A stretch of DNA of 63,093 nucleotides, filler included, from Octopus bimaculoides (lineage: Eukaryota), in NCBI RefSeq assembly GCF_001194135.2. It is 5 parts of 5 records of this genome, joined end to end, with 100 filler letters (N's around TTAATTAATTAA, not from the genome) between each part and the next. Parts side by side here need not be neighbours in the genome. Positions count along the whole stretch, not along the records: positions 28,913 to 57,062 come from NC_068988.1; positions 57,163 to 61,253 come from NC_068987.1; 3 more parts are not named here. One strand, written 5' to 3'. Below the pieces are notes generated by a model. That model was not told the DNA's origin. It searched no databases and worked only from the letters and a program-made list of their open reading frames with translations. Position 1 is the stretch's first letter. Each line of letters begins with the position of its first letter. The translations under genes and the position numbers were made by a program. Below, one piece after another: positions 48,071 through 59,750 of the stretch.

Positions 48071-48127
48071 TTTGAAACCATCATCATCATCTTCATCACC
48101 ACCACCAAATCCACCACCACCACCACC

Positions 48128-48194
<67 letters not shown>

Positions 48195-49249
48195 TCAACA
48201 ACAACAATAATGATAATAAAAATAATAATGTCCTTTTGATATACTCATAATATACCGAATTGAACACGATTTCGCAAAGTAGATTTATGTTTATAATACT
48301 TTTCTTTTCTTTTTTTTTTTAATCTATTTTATTTTATTTACAATCTTTTCCGCGCGATATTGGAACTTCTTAGGAATGCTATCTTCTGAAATTCTCGTAT
48401 GGAATGTTTACCTGGCAGTTCTTCAGTTCTTCGATTTTCTGCTTTGCGTCGTGCTTACTGCTAATGTTTCCTATAATTACAGGAACTGTTCTGTGTCCAT
48501 ATTTCCACATTTTCGATATTTCCGTTCCGAAGTCTTTTTATGTTTGGAGAATATTTCACTCTCCTTTATTCAGATTTTTATTGTCTGTTGGGCAATCTAC
48601 CTCACTAAATGTACGCAATCCATTATAAACAAATAACACTGCGGTTCACTCTTATCTCTTTATCTCTACATATTTACATATCCTATTGAACCGCGCAATT
48701 TTCATTCTCCTTCAGCCCTGACTGGCTTATCCAACACAAGCCAACGAGGATGCTTGTATTCGGTCACTAGAAATGCTAGAAATAGCTGCCAAATCTTCAC
48801 CAAATCACGCCCTACCATGTCAAAAACGAAAAAGACCAAAACAAGAAAATGAAAGCGGGGAAAAGACATTTTAGATAATGTAGTCTCGGTTATCTTCTCA
48901 AACGACAGGATGGTCAGTTCTAGAGTGCCTGTAATCATTGGTCTGCTCGATCGTAGATGACTCGGGGTTAAATACGAACAACTGGTGTGCACATGCATCA
49001 TTTATCTACTGGTGACTCGTTTATTTCTTTATATATTTTCTCACGGCAATAGGCACTTGCCTTCTCATGTTTCCCGTTCCATTCTAAAGTGGTGGGCATG
49101 AGGCAAGAGGTCAGAATGACACCGATAAACCTGGTCAGCTGACTATATATGCAATGTTCAAGTATGATATTTCGTTTCGGCATACACACACACACACACA
49201 CACAAACATACACACACACACATAAATGCATACATGCATATATATGTAT

Positions 49250-49287
<38 letters not shown>

Positions 49288-49433
49288 GTGTATGTGTGTA
49301 TGCGTGTGCGGGTGCATGCATGTATAATAATAATAACAATAAGAAGAAGAAGGAGGAGGAGGAGGAGGAAGAGGAAGATGATGATGATGATGATGATGAT
49401 AATGATGATGATGAAGATAATAATAATAATAAT

Positions 49434-49805
49434 TGAGAAAGAAAAACTATGTTGGATCATAGATATAGCATGCCCAGCTGACAACAAGGTATGCGATAAG
49501 GAAGAAAGAAAAGTCGAGAGATATGACAGGTTATCTTGGGAAGTTAAGCAGTTGTGGTCGATGAAAAAGGTAGCAGTAGTACCAATAATTGTCGCAGCCC
49601 TGAGAACAGTGAGCAAAAATCTCGAGAAGTACGTGGAACAAATAGGGGCTGCAATAAAGGTGGAACACTTGCAGAAAACAGCACTGCTTGGAACCGCTCG
49701 AATACTCCGGAAGGTGCTCGAAAAATAAGAGACGTTACCTTAGTTCACTGGTAGTGAACAGCTGACACTGTAGTACATCTCCAGCATTAGAAGCTGTGCA
49801 AAGGC
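49434..49805 (+). mobile_element. R4/Dong-like non-LTR 3' fragment in (TAA)n
   Basis: CWIIDIACPADNKVCDKEERKVERY..VVPIIVAAL..LQKTALLGTARILRKVL* (REL C-terminus); (TAA)n on both sides. Confidence 0.85.
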
Positions 49806-49842
49806 AATAATAATAATAATAATAATAATGATAATAATAATG

Positions 49843-49903
<61 letters not shown>

Positions 49904-49905
<2 letters not shown>

Positions 49906-50408
49906 GCCCGGATGCAGTAATTGATTGGAAGTGTTATCATGCACATTGTTTTGTTTTGGTATAAAAAGATGGGCTACAGCAAATATTCTGCTTAATACCA
50001 CAGATTTGTATGTCAGTTGTTTGACCTTAACCAGTTGAGCATGTCCCTTGGTGGTTGACGATATCTACATCTCTGATCATGAGCAGAAGTAGTCGGGGAG
50101 CATCATAGCCATGTGTTAAGAGGAATTCTTTGGGGTTTGAATAATTCACCTTTGGAAACATGGGTGTTTTGCTCAACATCCTTAAACAAACCTTATTCAG
50201 GGGCCTTTTGAGCTAGATGGGCTACTCGACCTGAAGAAAATTCTAACTGGGCCCCACCTTCGAGGTCATGCGCTGTTATTTTTTTATATGAGATCACCAT
50301 GTTGCGCACATATGGTTGTGAAGCATGTGCCCTTATCAGATGGGTAGTCAATGGGCTTCGTATATTTTACCCCAGTATCACTTTGATGGCATGCACTTCT
50401 CTCTCACT
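49904..50408. repeat. Unclassified ~500-bp segment bracketed by (TAA)n arrays
   Basis: Complex sequence between two long TAA runs; no ORF recognised. Confidence 0.35.
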
Positions 50409-50409
50409 C

Positions 50410-50464
<55 letters not shown>

Positions 50465-50613
50465 TCTATTATAGGCACAAGGCCTGAATTTTGGGGGGAG
50501 AAAGATAATCGATTATATCCACCCCAGTACTTCACAGGTACATATTTTAACGACTCCAAAAGGATGAAAGTTAAAGCTGACTTCGTCAGACTTTACTTTT
50601 CATCCTTTTGGGT
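50465..50613 (-). mobile_element. SINE family B 3' part
   Basis: Tail ATAGGCACAAGGCCTGAA next to (TAA)n; core present. Confidence 0.75.
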
Positions 50614-50624
50614 ANNNNNNNNNN

Positions 50625-50662
<38 letters not shown>

Positions 50663-50884
50663 CGTATATGAGATTTACGTATTGGACTCACAAGGCACAT
50701 GAAAGTACAAAGCGAGTACCCGACTGCACGACATGAATATGAAAGTTGCATTTACAACCTACAAAAAACTGCAAGTCATTGCATTTCTAATTGTCATTGA
50801 AAAAGAAAAAATAATACATAAACAAAAGTAAAAATAAACTAATTTGTCAGCGATTGTCATACTCGTCTAACGAGTCGACAGCGC

Positions 50885-51100
50885 CTTGTATGTATGTATG
50901 TATGTATGTATGTATGTATGTGTGTGTATGTATGTATGTATGTATGTTTGTAGGTATGTATGTATGTATTTATGTGTGTATATGTGTGTGTATGTATGTA
51001 TGTATGTATGTATGTGTGTATATATATATATATATACGTACGTACTATGTATATATGTACGTATGTACGTACGTATATATGTATGTATGTATGTATGTAT

Positions 51101-51138
<38 letters not shown>

Positions 51139-51290
51139 ATATACGTACTATGTATATATATATGTATGTACGTACGTATATATGTATTGTGTATGTATGT
51201 GTGTATGTATGTATATATGTATGTATGTACGTATATATGCACTACGTGCGTGTCTCTGTGTGTGCATGTGTATGTGTGTGTGTGTGCGCA
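50885..51290. repeat. (TATG)n/(TA)n/(TG)n microsatellite field
   Basis: Direct inspection. Confidence 0.95.
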
Positions 51291-52117
51291 TGTACTCGGA
51301 AGAGCTGGAAAACCTAAAATAAAAGCAAAACAACAAGAAGAGGTGACCAGGAGGCCGGGGGACTCCTTTTCTTGGCCACAATCAGACAATCAGCTGCGTC
51401 ATCCTATTGTCTTGTGATAATAGGTGCGGGTTATGTTATGTGTTTTAGTAATCGGGTGGTGATTGTACAAAGTATGTGACGTGTGATGTGTATTATGGGA
51501 CATAATGTCGGGTGGTAATTAGGTAGAATATGTTGTAGAGGCTGCGTAGGTTGTTTTAGGGCATTGAGTGACAATTAGATAGGATATGAGTTTTGTGGGC
51601 TGTAATTGGAGTGTGTGGGGAGTGTTATAATATTGAGTATCGATTGTGTAAAAGAGTGTGTTTGTGTGTGATGTGTTATTTTATCGTTTACTGAGGCGTT
51701 TGATAAGAAGCCAGCAGAGACGGTAGACTATTGGAAACTGCGAAAAGAGCGAGAGAGAAAAAATGCACTTTAAGATAAGGCAAACTTGAAGAGGAACCCA
51801 TTTCGCCTTACGTCGATGATTGTTCTTTGCAAAAGAAACGAAGAAAATCTGTAGGACTAGCAGATGAACTTAAGGAAGGCGAAAAGAGAAGCAATTTCAT
51901 CCTTTCGGAGTCGATAAATTAAGTACCAGTTGCGTACTGGTTTCCGAGTGATAGACTACTAGTAAAAAAAATACCCTACAACTTGTCTATACGAATCACT
52001 ACCGTACAATTTTGTACAGTATAGAGATTTGTTGCCCAGTTTAACACCGGAGATACTCACGAGTTATGTGCATGAGAAACCAACCCTAAATGTTTCCCAT
52101 GTTTTTACTTTAAAGTA

Positions 52118-52245
52118 TGAGGTGGTGCCGAAAAGTTCCTGGCTTTGGATAAAAGAAAATACAGGAGGATCAGTTAATTATGACTTTATTCAACATATTC
52201 TCCTCTCAGATTCATACACTTATTGCAGCGGTCCTTCAATTTTTC
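52118..52245 (-). mobile_element. Mariner 3' end (TIR plus transposase C-terminus)
   Basis: TA-TGAGGTGGTGCCGAAAAGTTCCTGG TIR; minus strand reads LKDRCNKCMNLRGEYVE*. Confidence 0.7.
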
Positions 52246-52750
52246 TTTGTCCTATAAAGAAACACGGAAGTTCGGGCCTCCAGCCTGGCCTTTCGCAATC
52301 CCCTTAAAGTCAGGCGCTTTTCAGCACCCCTTCGTATATCTTATTTGTCTAATTATTGTCTTTGTTCTATATAGTTTTTACATTTATCCAATGTTTGTTA
52401 TTAATTCTTTTTGTATGTTCCTTGCATAAGTAGAGTTTTATCATGTAACTTTGTTTTATCTAACGCTACATGTTTTGTAACATGCCACGTTTTAACATTT
52501 GTTGTTAGCATGAGCCCTTATATGGCTAACAAACGAACAAATTATTGTAACCACCATCATCATCATCATCATCATCATCATCACCACTGTTAACACACTA
52601 CCAGAATATCATTGCCATCATCATCTTCATGTTCTCAACAATTACCTCTGAGTTCCTGCTGCCACGGAATTGAGCTGTGTGAATTATGTTATATGTATGT
52701 TTGTGTATGTTTTAAATATAGGGTGGTGATCGTATAAAATATGTAATGTG

Positions 52751-52811
<61 letters not shown>

Positions 52812-53000
52812 GATTTAATGTCGAACGGTAATTGTGTAAAATATGTGTTGTTGTAATGGTTGCGTTATATTACTGGGTGGCATTTGGGTAGATTACAAGT
52901 TGTGTCGGTCGTTACTAGTGTTTGAGATATTTTAATATAATAGTTTGGGATGTCGTTTTTGGTAAGAGTGCCTATCGTGTTAATCTGTTGTGTAGTGAAT

Positions 53001-53092
53001 TGGCGGAATTTGAATTCAGAACATAAAGACGGTCGGAATACCACTGAGCATTTTGCCCAGCATGCTAACGATTCTGTCGGCTTGCGGCCTTA
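53001..53092 (-). mobile_element. SINE family B head fragment
   Basis: Reverse complement of the family B head. Confidence 0.7.
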
Positions 53093-53191
53093 ATGTATTA
53101 CATTATTGACTGGTGACCGTAGAAAAGCAGTTTTCAACATTTTTCGATTCACATCACGATATGAGTTATGCTATTGTACTGAAAGCGTAGT

Positions 53192-53570
53192 GGAGGCGCA
53201 ATGGCCCAGTGGTTAGGGCAGCGGACTCGCGGTCATAGTATCGTGGTTTCGATTCCCAGACCGGGCGTTGTGTTTATTGAGCGAAAACACTTAAAGCTCC
53301 ACGAAGCTCCGGCAGGGGATGGTGGCGAACCCTACTGTACTCTTTTACCACAACTTTCTCTCACTCTATCTTCCTGTTTCTGCTGTGCCTGTAATTCAAA
53401 GGGTCAGCCTTGTCACACTGTGTCACGCTGAATATCCCCGAGAACTACGTTAAGGGTACACGTGTCTGTGGAGTGCTCAGCCACTTGCACGTTAATTTCA
53501 CGAGCAGGCTGTTCCGTTGATCGGATCAACTGGAACCCTCGACGACGTAAGCGACGGAGTGCCAACAACA
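53192..53570 (+). mobile_element. SINE family A, full length, 13-bp TSD
   Basis: A box TGGCCCAGTGG, B box GGTTTCGATTCC, (CAA) tail; TSD ACTGAAAGCGTAG (53178-53190) / ACTGAAACCGTAG (53571-53583). Confidence 0.93.
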
Positions 53571-54513
53571 ACTGAAACCGTAGGATGTGAGCCGTATTTA
53601 TCAGGGCGATTTACTGGATCGCGTAGTTGTGACTGCTGTAATCGTTTGTCTGTGTTTTTGTTAAAAATCATTTTGTTTTTGTTAAATAATATTTTGTTAA
53701 ATATTATAAAATACGATATTATCATTATCGTATTTTGTGATCCAGTTATTATAAATAGTATTTTCACTTTTGCACACAACATCTTGTTAACGTCGGAATG
53801 TTGTTGTTATTATTGTTGCTGCCGTTGTCTTTATGTTTTTATATTCAAATGTCACAAACTGTTCGACTATTTTGTTGTTGTTTATCTTACATTCGTTGCA
53901 TGTTGGCTACATCTTATTCCCTACAAATTGCCTACTTGAGCCAACGTTTGAAATCGCATCACGCATCAACATTATCAGCAGCAGCAGCAGTAACAGCAGC
54001 GTGTATAGGCGGGTGGTGGTGAGTATTGGAGCATATGAATCTCCGTCGTTTCGACGATAAAAGAAAGTGGTTGAACATTCAACAAACATGTGTCCCCTTC
54101 ACGTAACTTTCAAGTGGAATCAGTGTGAGAAGGCTGAAGGCTTGGATCGACCCGAGACTGGGACACTTGCCTCAGCTCTTACGCAGAAGAACAGTGCCCG
54201 TGACTTCAGGATTGCGATGCGAACTTCGACCACGGTTCGTCCATGTTTATTGGAATACGGAGGTAAAGTCTAGCAAAGTTAAATTCTCGACTAAGTTTTT
54301 TCGCTCTTTGTTGTCGTCATATTTCCACTTTAGTTACATCACCTGTATCATTGGAAAGGGTATGAACGCCATATAATCTCAGTCTTATGAATCATTGGCC
54401 CGTTGTCTAAGCTAAGGATCATTATTATTTTGATGATTGACGAAATTTCTACAGCAACTGATGTTGTTAGTTCCTGGTTCAACTGACACTGCGACGAGGT
54501 TACAATTCCTTAC

Positions 54514-54597
54514 CTTTTCTCCACACTGTACGCCACAGTTGGCTACTATTTTCACCAAAAACTTTTCCTTCATTGGTGTAGCAAGGGTTCATAGCAC
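54514..54597 (-). other. Candidate 84-nt phase-1 coding exon of an unknown gene
   Basis: TTTTTACTCCCAG| ... AAG|GTAAGG; one open frame AMNPCYTNEGKVFGENSSQLWRTVWRK; no homology recognised. Confidence 0.25.
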
Positions 54598-55585
54598 CTG
54601 GGAGTAAAAACGGTTTTGATGACCTCACCTTAATTAACAGGCATGGTATGCAACCACTTTACTTTTCGCTCCTTCGTGCCTGTTCCCTCGTCTCATCTCC
54701 GTCTTGCTACACTTCTGCGTTTCCCGTCTTTCTCAAAAGATAAAGTTCCTTTTCTGCAGAACAGCAATCCCTTTGATCCATAAGAATACCGCTTTATTGT
54801 TTTCACTTCAAATATCACAATGATACTTGAATACAGTTTTAAACAGCCATCACCTTCATCTTGTTGAGGCTCTCCATCTCTTACTAGAAATCACTGGTGC
54901 AGTTTCCGTGGAAGCCAGGCGAACCGGTTCTTTACTTTGTCACGTACGAGTGGTCTTTCATCTCCCAGCACTTCGTCTAGGTTAACGCTATTAGTTTTGA
55001 CTGTTAAAAAAAAATTGACTATAACTCCTAGTGAAGTTGTCCTCATAAGTACACCATCTATCTGTAACGACCGTGCGCAGAGAGATGACGAGAATGGCTC
55101 CTGTTGTACTTCACACGGTCGATACAATAAATATAAAAAAGGATAAATGCGTATATGAGCCAGATTGAGATGAGAGACACAACCGAGTAGAAGGTTTAAG
55201 AGAAGATTTATTGATATGTTAACATGTGTGACTGTGTGTGCATCATGTATACAGAATAATAGACAGGCTGTCATAAGAACAAAATGTATGTGTGTGCATA
55301 GGCATGGGTGTATGCGTGTGCGTTAAGTACAGAGCATTGAAAGAGTCTATAATGTGAAGTTAGAAGAATGTTCAGACACAAGAATGAGAAATACCAGTTC
55401 GTAGTCAATTGTGCATGATAATTGAAATGCTGTATCAAGAAGTTGCGGCCATGGTGCTAAGCCGGTTGTGGTACATGTACATACGTGAGGTTGTGGCTGT
55501 GATGCTGCTGCCTGGGTCTCTTGGTACAGGAGTTCTCGCAAGTTGTATTTTACTGTTAACCAAGGTTGTATTTTGCTGTTATTTT

Positions 55586-55886
55586 GCAAGTGACTGAGCA
55601 ATCTACAGACACGTGTACCCTTAACGTAGTTCTCGGGGATATTCAGCGTGACACAGTGTGACAAGGCTGACCCTTTGAATTACAGGCACAACAGAAACAG
55701 GAAGAAAGAGTGAGAGAAAGTAGTGGTGGAAGAGTACAGCAAGGTTCGCCACCATCCCCTACCGGAGCCTCGTGGAGCTTCAGGTGTTTTTGCTCAATAA
55801 ACACTCACAACGCCCGGCCTGGGAATCGAAACCGCGATCCTATGACCGCGAGTCTGCTGCCCTAACCACTGGGCCATTGCGCCTCC
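55586..55886 (-). mobile_element. SINE family A, lacking the 3' ~80 nt
   Basis: High visual identity to 53192-53490. Confidence 0.9.
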
Positions 55887-56419
55887 TCTGTCAAGTTTAT
55901 ATCGCGATAAAAGCACTATGTGGTTGAAATAACAACCAAATCGCCCTCGAATTGCCTTAAAATATAAACAAAGGAAGACATTTTTAATCCAAGATTTCTT
56001 TGAAAGAACAAAAAAAAAATGACAGGATGAGCATGGCAGAACGTTTTTGATCATAGATCTGCTAAAGCAGAGCTGACCTGAAGCTAAACCAGTTCCACCA
56101 GCACCACCATCATCATCACCAAAAACAACAACAGCAACAACAGCTGTATCTGAAGGATGATAATGCGGCGTTGGTCTTGCGGCAATTTGAATCCACGACC
56201 TGGTTCCAAATCTGTTTTCACTCAGTTCACTAAATCCCATGAGAAAGGCATGAACTTACCAAGTCATCCCTCCTTCTAACACTCCCCCACTCCCACCTCA
56301 CTCCAAATACTCGCTTTCCCATGATAGCTCTGAGGCCTTCATGCCTCTCCTGAGAAACAGTAATTAATTAGAATTAAGTGAACGTGTTTAACGCACAGAG
56401 AAACAAAAACATGAAATAT

Positions 56420-57062
56420 GCTGGTTGTGGTGATGCTGGGGCCGGTGGTAGTAGTGGTGGTAGTGGTGGTGGTGGTGGCGAGGTGAAGGTTGTAGTGACA
56501 GTGGTGGTAGTGATGTTGACGATGTTTGTCGTGGTGGTAGTGGTGATGGAGATGGTAGTGAGGGCAATGGTGGCTGATGACGGCGATAGCGGCGACGGTG
56601 ATAGTAATGCTGGTGGTGGTGGTGGTGGTGGTAGTGGTGATGATAGTGATAGTAGTGGTGGTGGCGGTGGCGATTATAATTTTGGTGATAAGGTATTGGC
56701 AGTGTTGGCAGTGGTGGCGTGGTGGTATCATGCTGACGGTGGCCGTGGTGTTGCTGTTGATGTTGGTGATTGCAACGGCGATGTCTGTGGAAACGGTCAC
56801 GGGGGCAGCATCGTTGTCTGTACTTCTGATCGTAATGGTGAGGTGGTCGAACGGGGGTAGCGTTTATTGTGACGATGAATGGACTGGTGGCTTTAATTGT
56901 TGTTGTTGTTGTTGTTGTTGTGGCGGTGGTAGTGGTGGTCGTGGTGATTGTGTTGGTGTTGGTATTTGAGTGGTGGTTAAAAATATCTTGCATGTCATTG
57001 GTATTGTTGGTGACAGGAGGAATAACGATGGTGGTGGTGGTGGTGGTGTTAGTGGTGGTGGT
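56420..57062. repeat. (GGT/GTA/GAT/GTT)n degenerate trinucleotide low-complexity tract
   Basis: Direct inspection. Confidence 0.9.
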
Positions 57063-57106
57063 NNNNNNNNNNNNNNNNNNNNNNNNNNNNNNNNNNNNNN
57101 NNNNNN

Positions 57107-57118
57107 TTAATTAATTAA
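57107..57118. other. Artificial scaffold linker TTAATTAATTAA
   Basis: N44-linker-N44. Confidence 0.95.
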
Positions 57119-57164
57119 NNNNNNNNNNNNNNNNNNNNNNNNNNNNNNNNNNNNNNNNNNNNCT

Positions 57165-57500
57165 ATAAAATAAGTACCAGTGGGACGCTGGGGTCGATGT
57201 AATCAACCAGCACCCTTTCCTACAAGATGCCAGGCTTTGTTCCTATAGTATGATAGAAAGAGTTATTACTATTATTTGTCGTCGTCGTATTAAGGCGGCG
57301 AGCTGGCAGAACCGTTGGCACGCCGGTCGAAATGCTTAGCGGTATTTCGTCCGACTTTAAGTTCTGAGATCGGCTTTGATTTTAATCCCTTCGAGGACGA
57401 GAAAATGAGTAACAGTTGAACACTAGGGTAGATGTAATCGACTTAGCCTCTCCCCCGAAATTGCTGGCCTTGTGCCTATAATAGAAAGGGTTATTATTAT
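57165..57500 (+). mobile_element. SINE family B: 3' part (57165-57270) plus full copy (57294-57500)
   Basis: Both end in (ATT)-type tails. Confidence 0.8.
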
Positions 57501-57504
57501 TTTT

Positions 57505-57769
57505 ATTTTAAACTCAGATTCTGTTGGAACCTCTGAAGTCTTGCATGTATAGTAGGTTTGCTGTCTGCAGCCTACGGTACCATACTATCCGTTCTTTTTT
57601 CAACTTTCTAATACTTTCCTGTTTATTCTGGCCGGGCTAAGGAGGAAAACCGTTTATAACAGTTGTGCTGGACACTCTATTCCGATTTCCTTTATATTTC
57701 TCTTCATGTCTTCTGATACTGTCCCCAAGGACCCAACAATAACTGGCACTATCTTCCCCCTCATTTTGC

Positions 57770-57770
<1 letters not shown>
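57505..57770 (-). mobile_element. R4/NeSL-type 3' fragment (lineage 2) in (ATT)n
   Basis: Minus strand KIVPVIVGSLGTVSEDMKRNIKEIGIECPAQLL*..ARINRKVLES* plus 3' UTR. Confidence 0.7.
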
Positions 57771-57825
<55 letters not shown>

Positions 57826-57827
<2 letters not shown>

Positions 57828-58072
57828 TAGTTTTATTTTTATAACGTGCTTTCACTTCACTACCGAGCGCAGCTCTGTGCGCTTTGGGTATGTGCTGTGG
57901 TTTGCTGTGATGCTCTTATGGTTACTGTATTGAAAGTGTTTTGCGTAGGATGTGTCCAGTGCCCAGTAGTGCAATTTTCTGTATGTTATATATATTTGTA
58001 AGTCCTGGTGTTTTTGTTATGTATTTGTCTGAATATTTTTTTATTTTACCTAAGGCACCTACTATGATAGGA

Positions 58073-58076
<4 letters not shown>
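57826..58076 (-). mobile_element. R4/Dong-like 3' fragment (lineage 3) in (ATT)n
   Basis: Minus strand IPIIVGALGKIKKYSDKYITKTPGLTNIYNIQKIALLGTGHILRKTLSIQ* plus 3' UTR; (ATT)n on both sides. Confidence 0.85.
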
Positions 58077-58109
<33 letters not shown>

Positions 58110-58528
58110 NNNNNNNNNNNNNNNNNNNNNNNNNNNNNNNNNNNNNNNNNNNNNNNNNNNNNNNNNNNNNNNNNNNNNNNNNNNNNNNNNNNNNNNNNNN
58201 NNNNNNNNNNNNNNNNNNNNNNNNNNNNNNNNNNNNNNNNNNNNNNNNNNNNNNNNNNNNNNNNNNNNNNNNNNNNNNNNNNNNNNNNNNNNNNNNNNNN
58301 NNNNNNNNNNNNNNNNNNNNNNNNNNNNNNNNNNNNNNNNNNNNNNNNNNNNNNNNNNNNNNNNNNNNNNNNNNNNNNNNNNNNNNNNNNNNNNNNNNNN
58401 NNNNNNNNNNNNNNNNNNNNNNNNNNNNNNNNNNNNNNNNNNNNNNNNNNNNNNNNTATGTAGTGCAATTTTCTGTATGTTATAAAAAAATTGCACTACA
58501 TAATAATAATAATAATAATAATAAAACC

Positions 58529-58564
<36 letters not shown>

Positions 58565-58620
58565 AATAATAATGATGATGATGATGATAATCCTTTCTAT
58601 CTGAAGGCACAAATCCAGAA

Positions 58621-58684
<64 letters not shown>

Positions 58685-59526
58685 GGTTTAACGCAACACA
58701 GGCAATAGGCGGAGGAAGAAAATGCTAACAATGTTATTGTTGACTTGAAGAAGGTCTTTGTTGATTTTCCATCGATTATCTTATTTAAAAATGTTGTCAA
58801 CATTTAAAAAAATAGGTTGTACTTATTTAGATCTAGTAAGCATTGGTTGCTTTCTATATTTATCACTCTAGGTTAAATACTGCCTAGAGGTTCTAAAATT
58901 AAGTCAAAGGATTTCTTAAACAGATAACAATGAATTTCACTTATGTGGACTCGATCATTTTTTGTTGATTTTTCAAAGTTGTGAGGAGGTTATAACGACT
59001 TTATATTGACATGTCCGTTATCGCCTCCAACACCATCATGTTATGTACATTATGTGGATTTTGATCTACCCAGCACGTGTAATAAATAAGAAGCATCAGA
59101 GGGGGAAGGCTATGCTATGTGCTTCAGGATTTCACTTTATATCCCTGTGATACAGGTTCGATTTGACTAATATCTTGTCAGTGAAATTTTGCAAATGAGA
59201 ATTGTGTAGGAATCTATTGTACATGTATATATACCAGTCGCCATGCTTGATCGCTAAATCCACAAGTTTTTTTTTTTTATATTCTCTCTCTGTTAATTTT
59301 CTCTTATTCCTTACTGTTGAAGAGCGTAGGCTCGAAACGTAAAAGACTTTCTCATTTTCCCGAGCGTAAAAGACTTTCTCATTTTTTCTAGTTTTAGCTA
59401 AATCTAGTTGCAGCTAAAATAATTCACACATTCATATACATACATACATACATACATGCATTCACACACACACACACACACATATGTGTACATACATGCA
59501 TACATACATATATACTTATGTGAGTA

Positions 59527-59568
<42 letters not shown>

Positions 59569-59589
59569 CGTGCATGCGTGTGTATGTGT

Positions 59590-59750
59590 TAGTTTGTCTC
59601 CCATCACCACTTGATGCAAAAGCAACCGATAGAATATGAAGAAGCAGGCTTTAAAGAAAGCAAAAACGCACTGGTTTCAATTCATTTGGCCAAAATCTCT
59701 CAAGGAGGTACTCCAGCATGGCTGCAGTCTAATGACTGAAAAAAGTAAGA
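59590..59750 (+). mobile_element. SINE family C 3' half, degraded
   Basis: ..CCGATAGAATA..GTACTCCAGCATGGCTGCAGTCTAATGACTGAAA. Confidence 0.6.

Noticed and set aside
53192-53265. SINE A, B, C and E heads as real tRNA genes
   Set aside because: They have A/B boxes but no closed cloverleaf, and continue into multi-copy SINE bodies.
54663-54753. Extra minus-strand exon upstream of the 84-nt candidate
   Set aside because: Both phase-compatible frames contain stop codons on careful reading.
56339-57114. Gly/Val/Thr/His-rich ORFs on both strands
   Set aside because: Degenerate trinucleotide repeats open in most frames.
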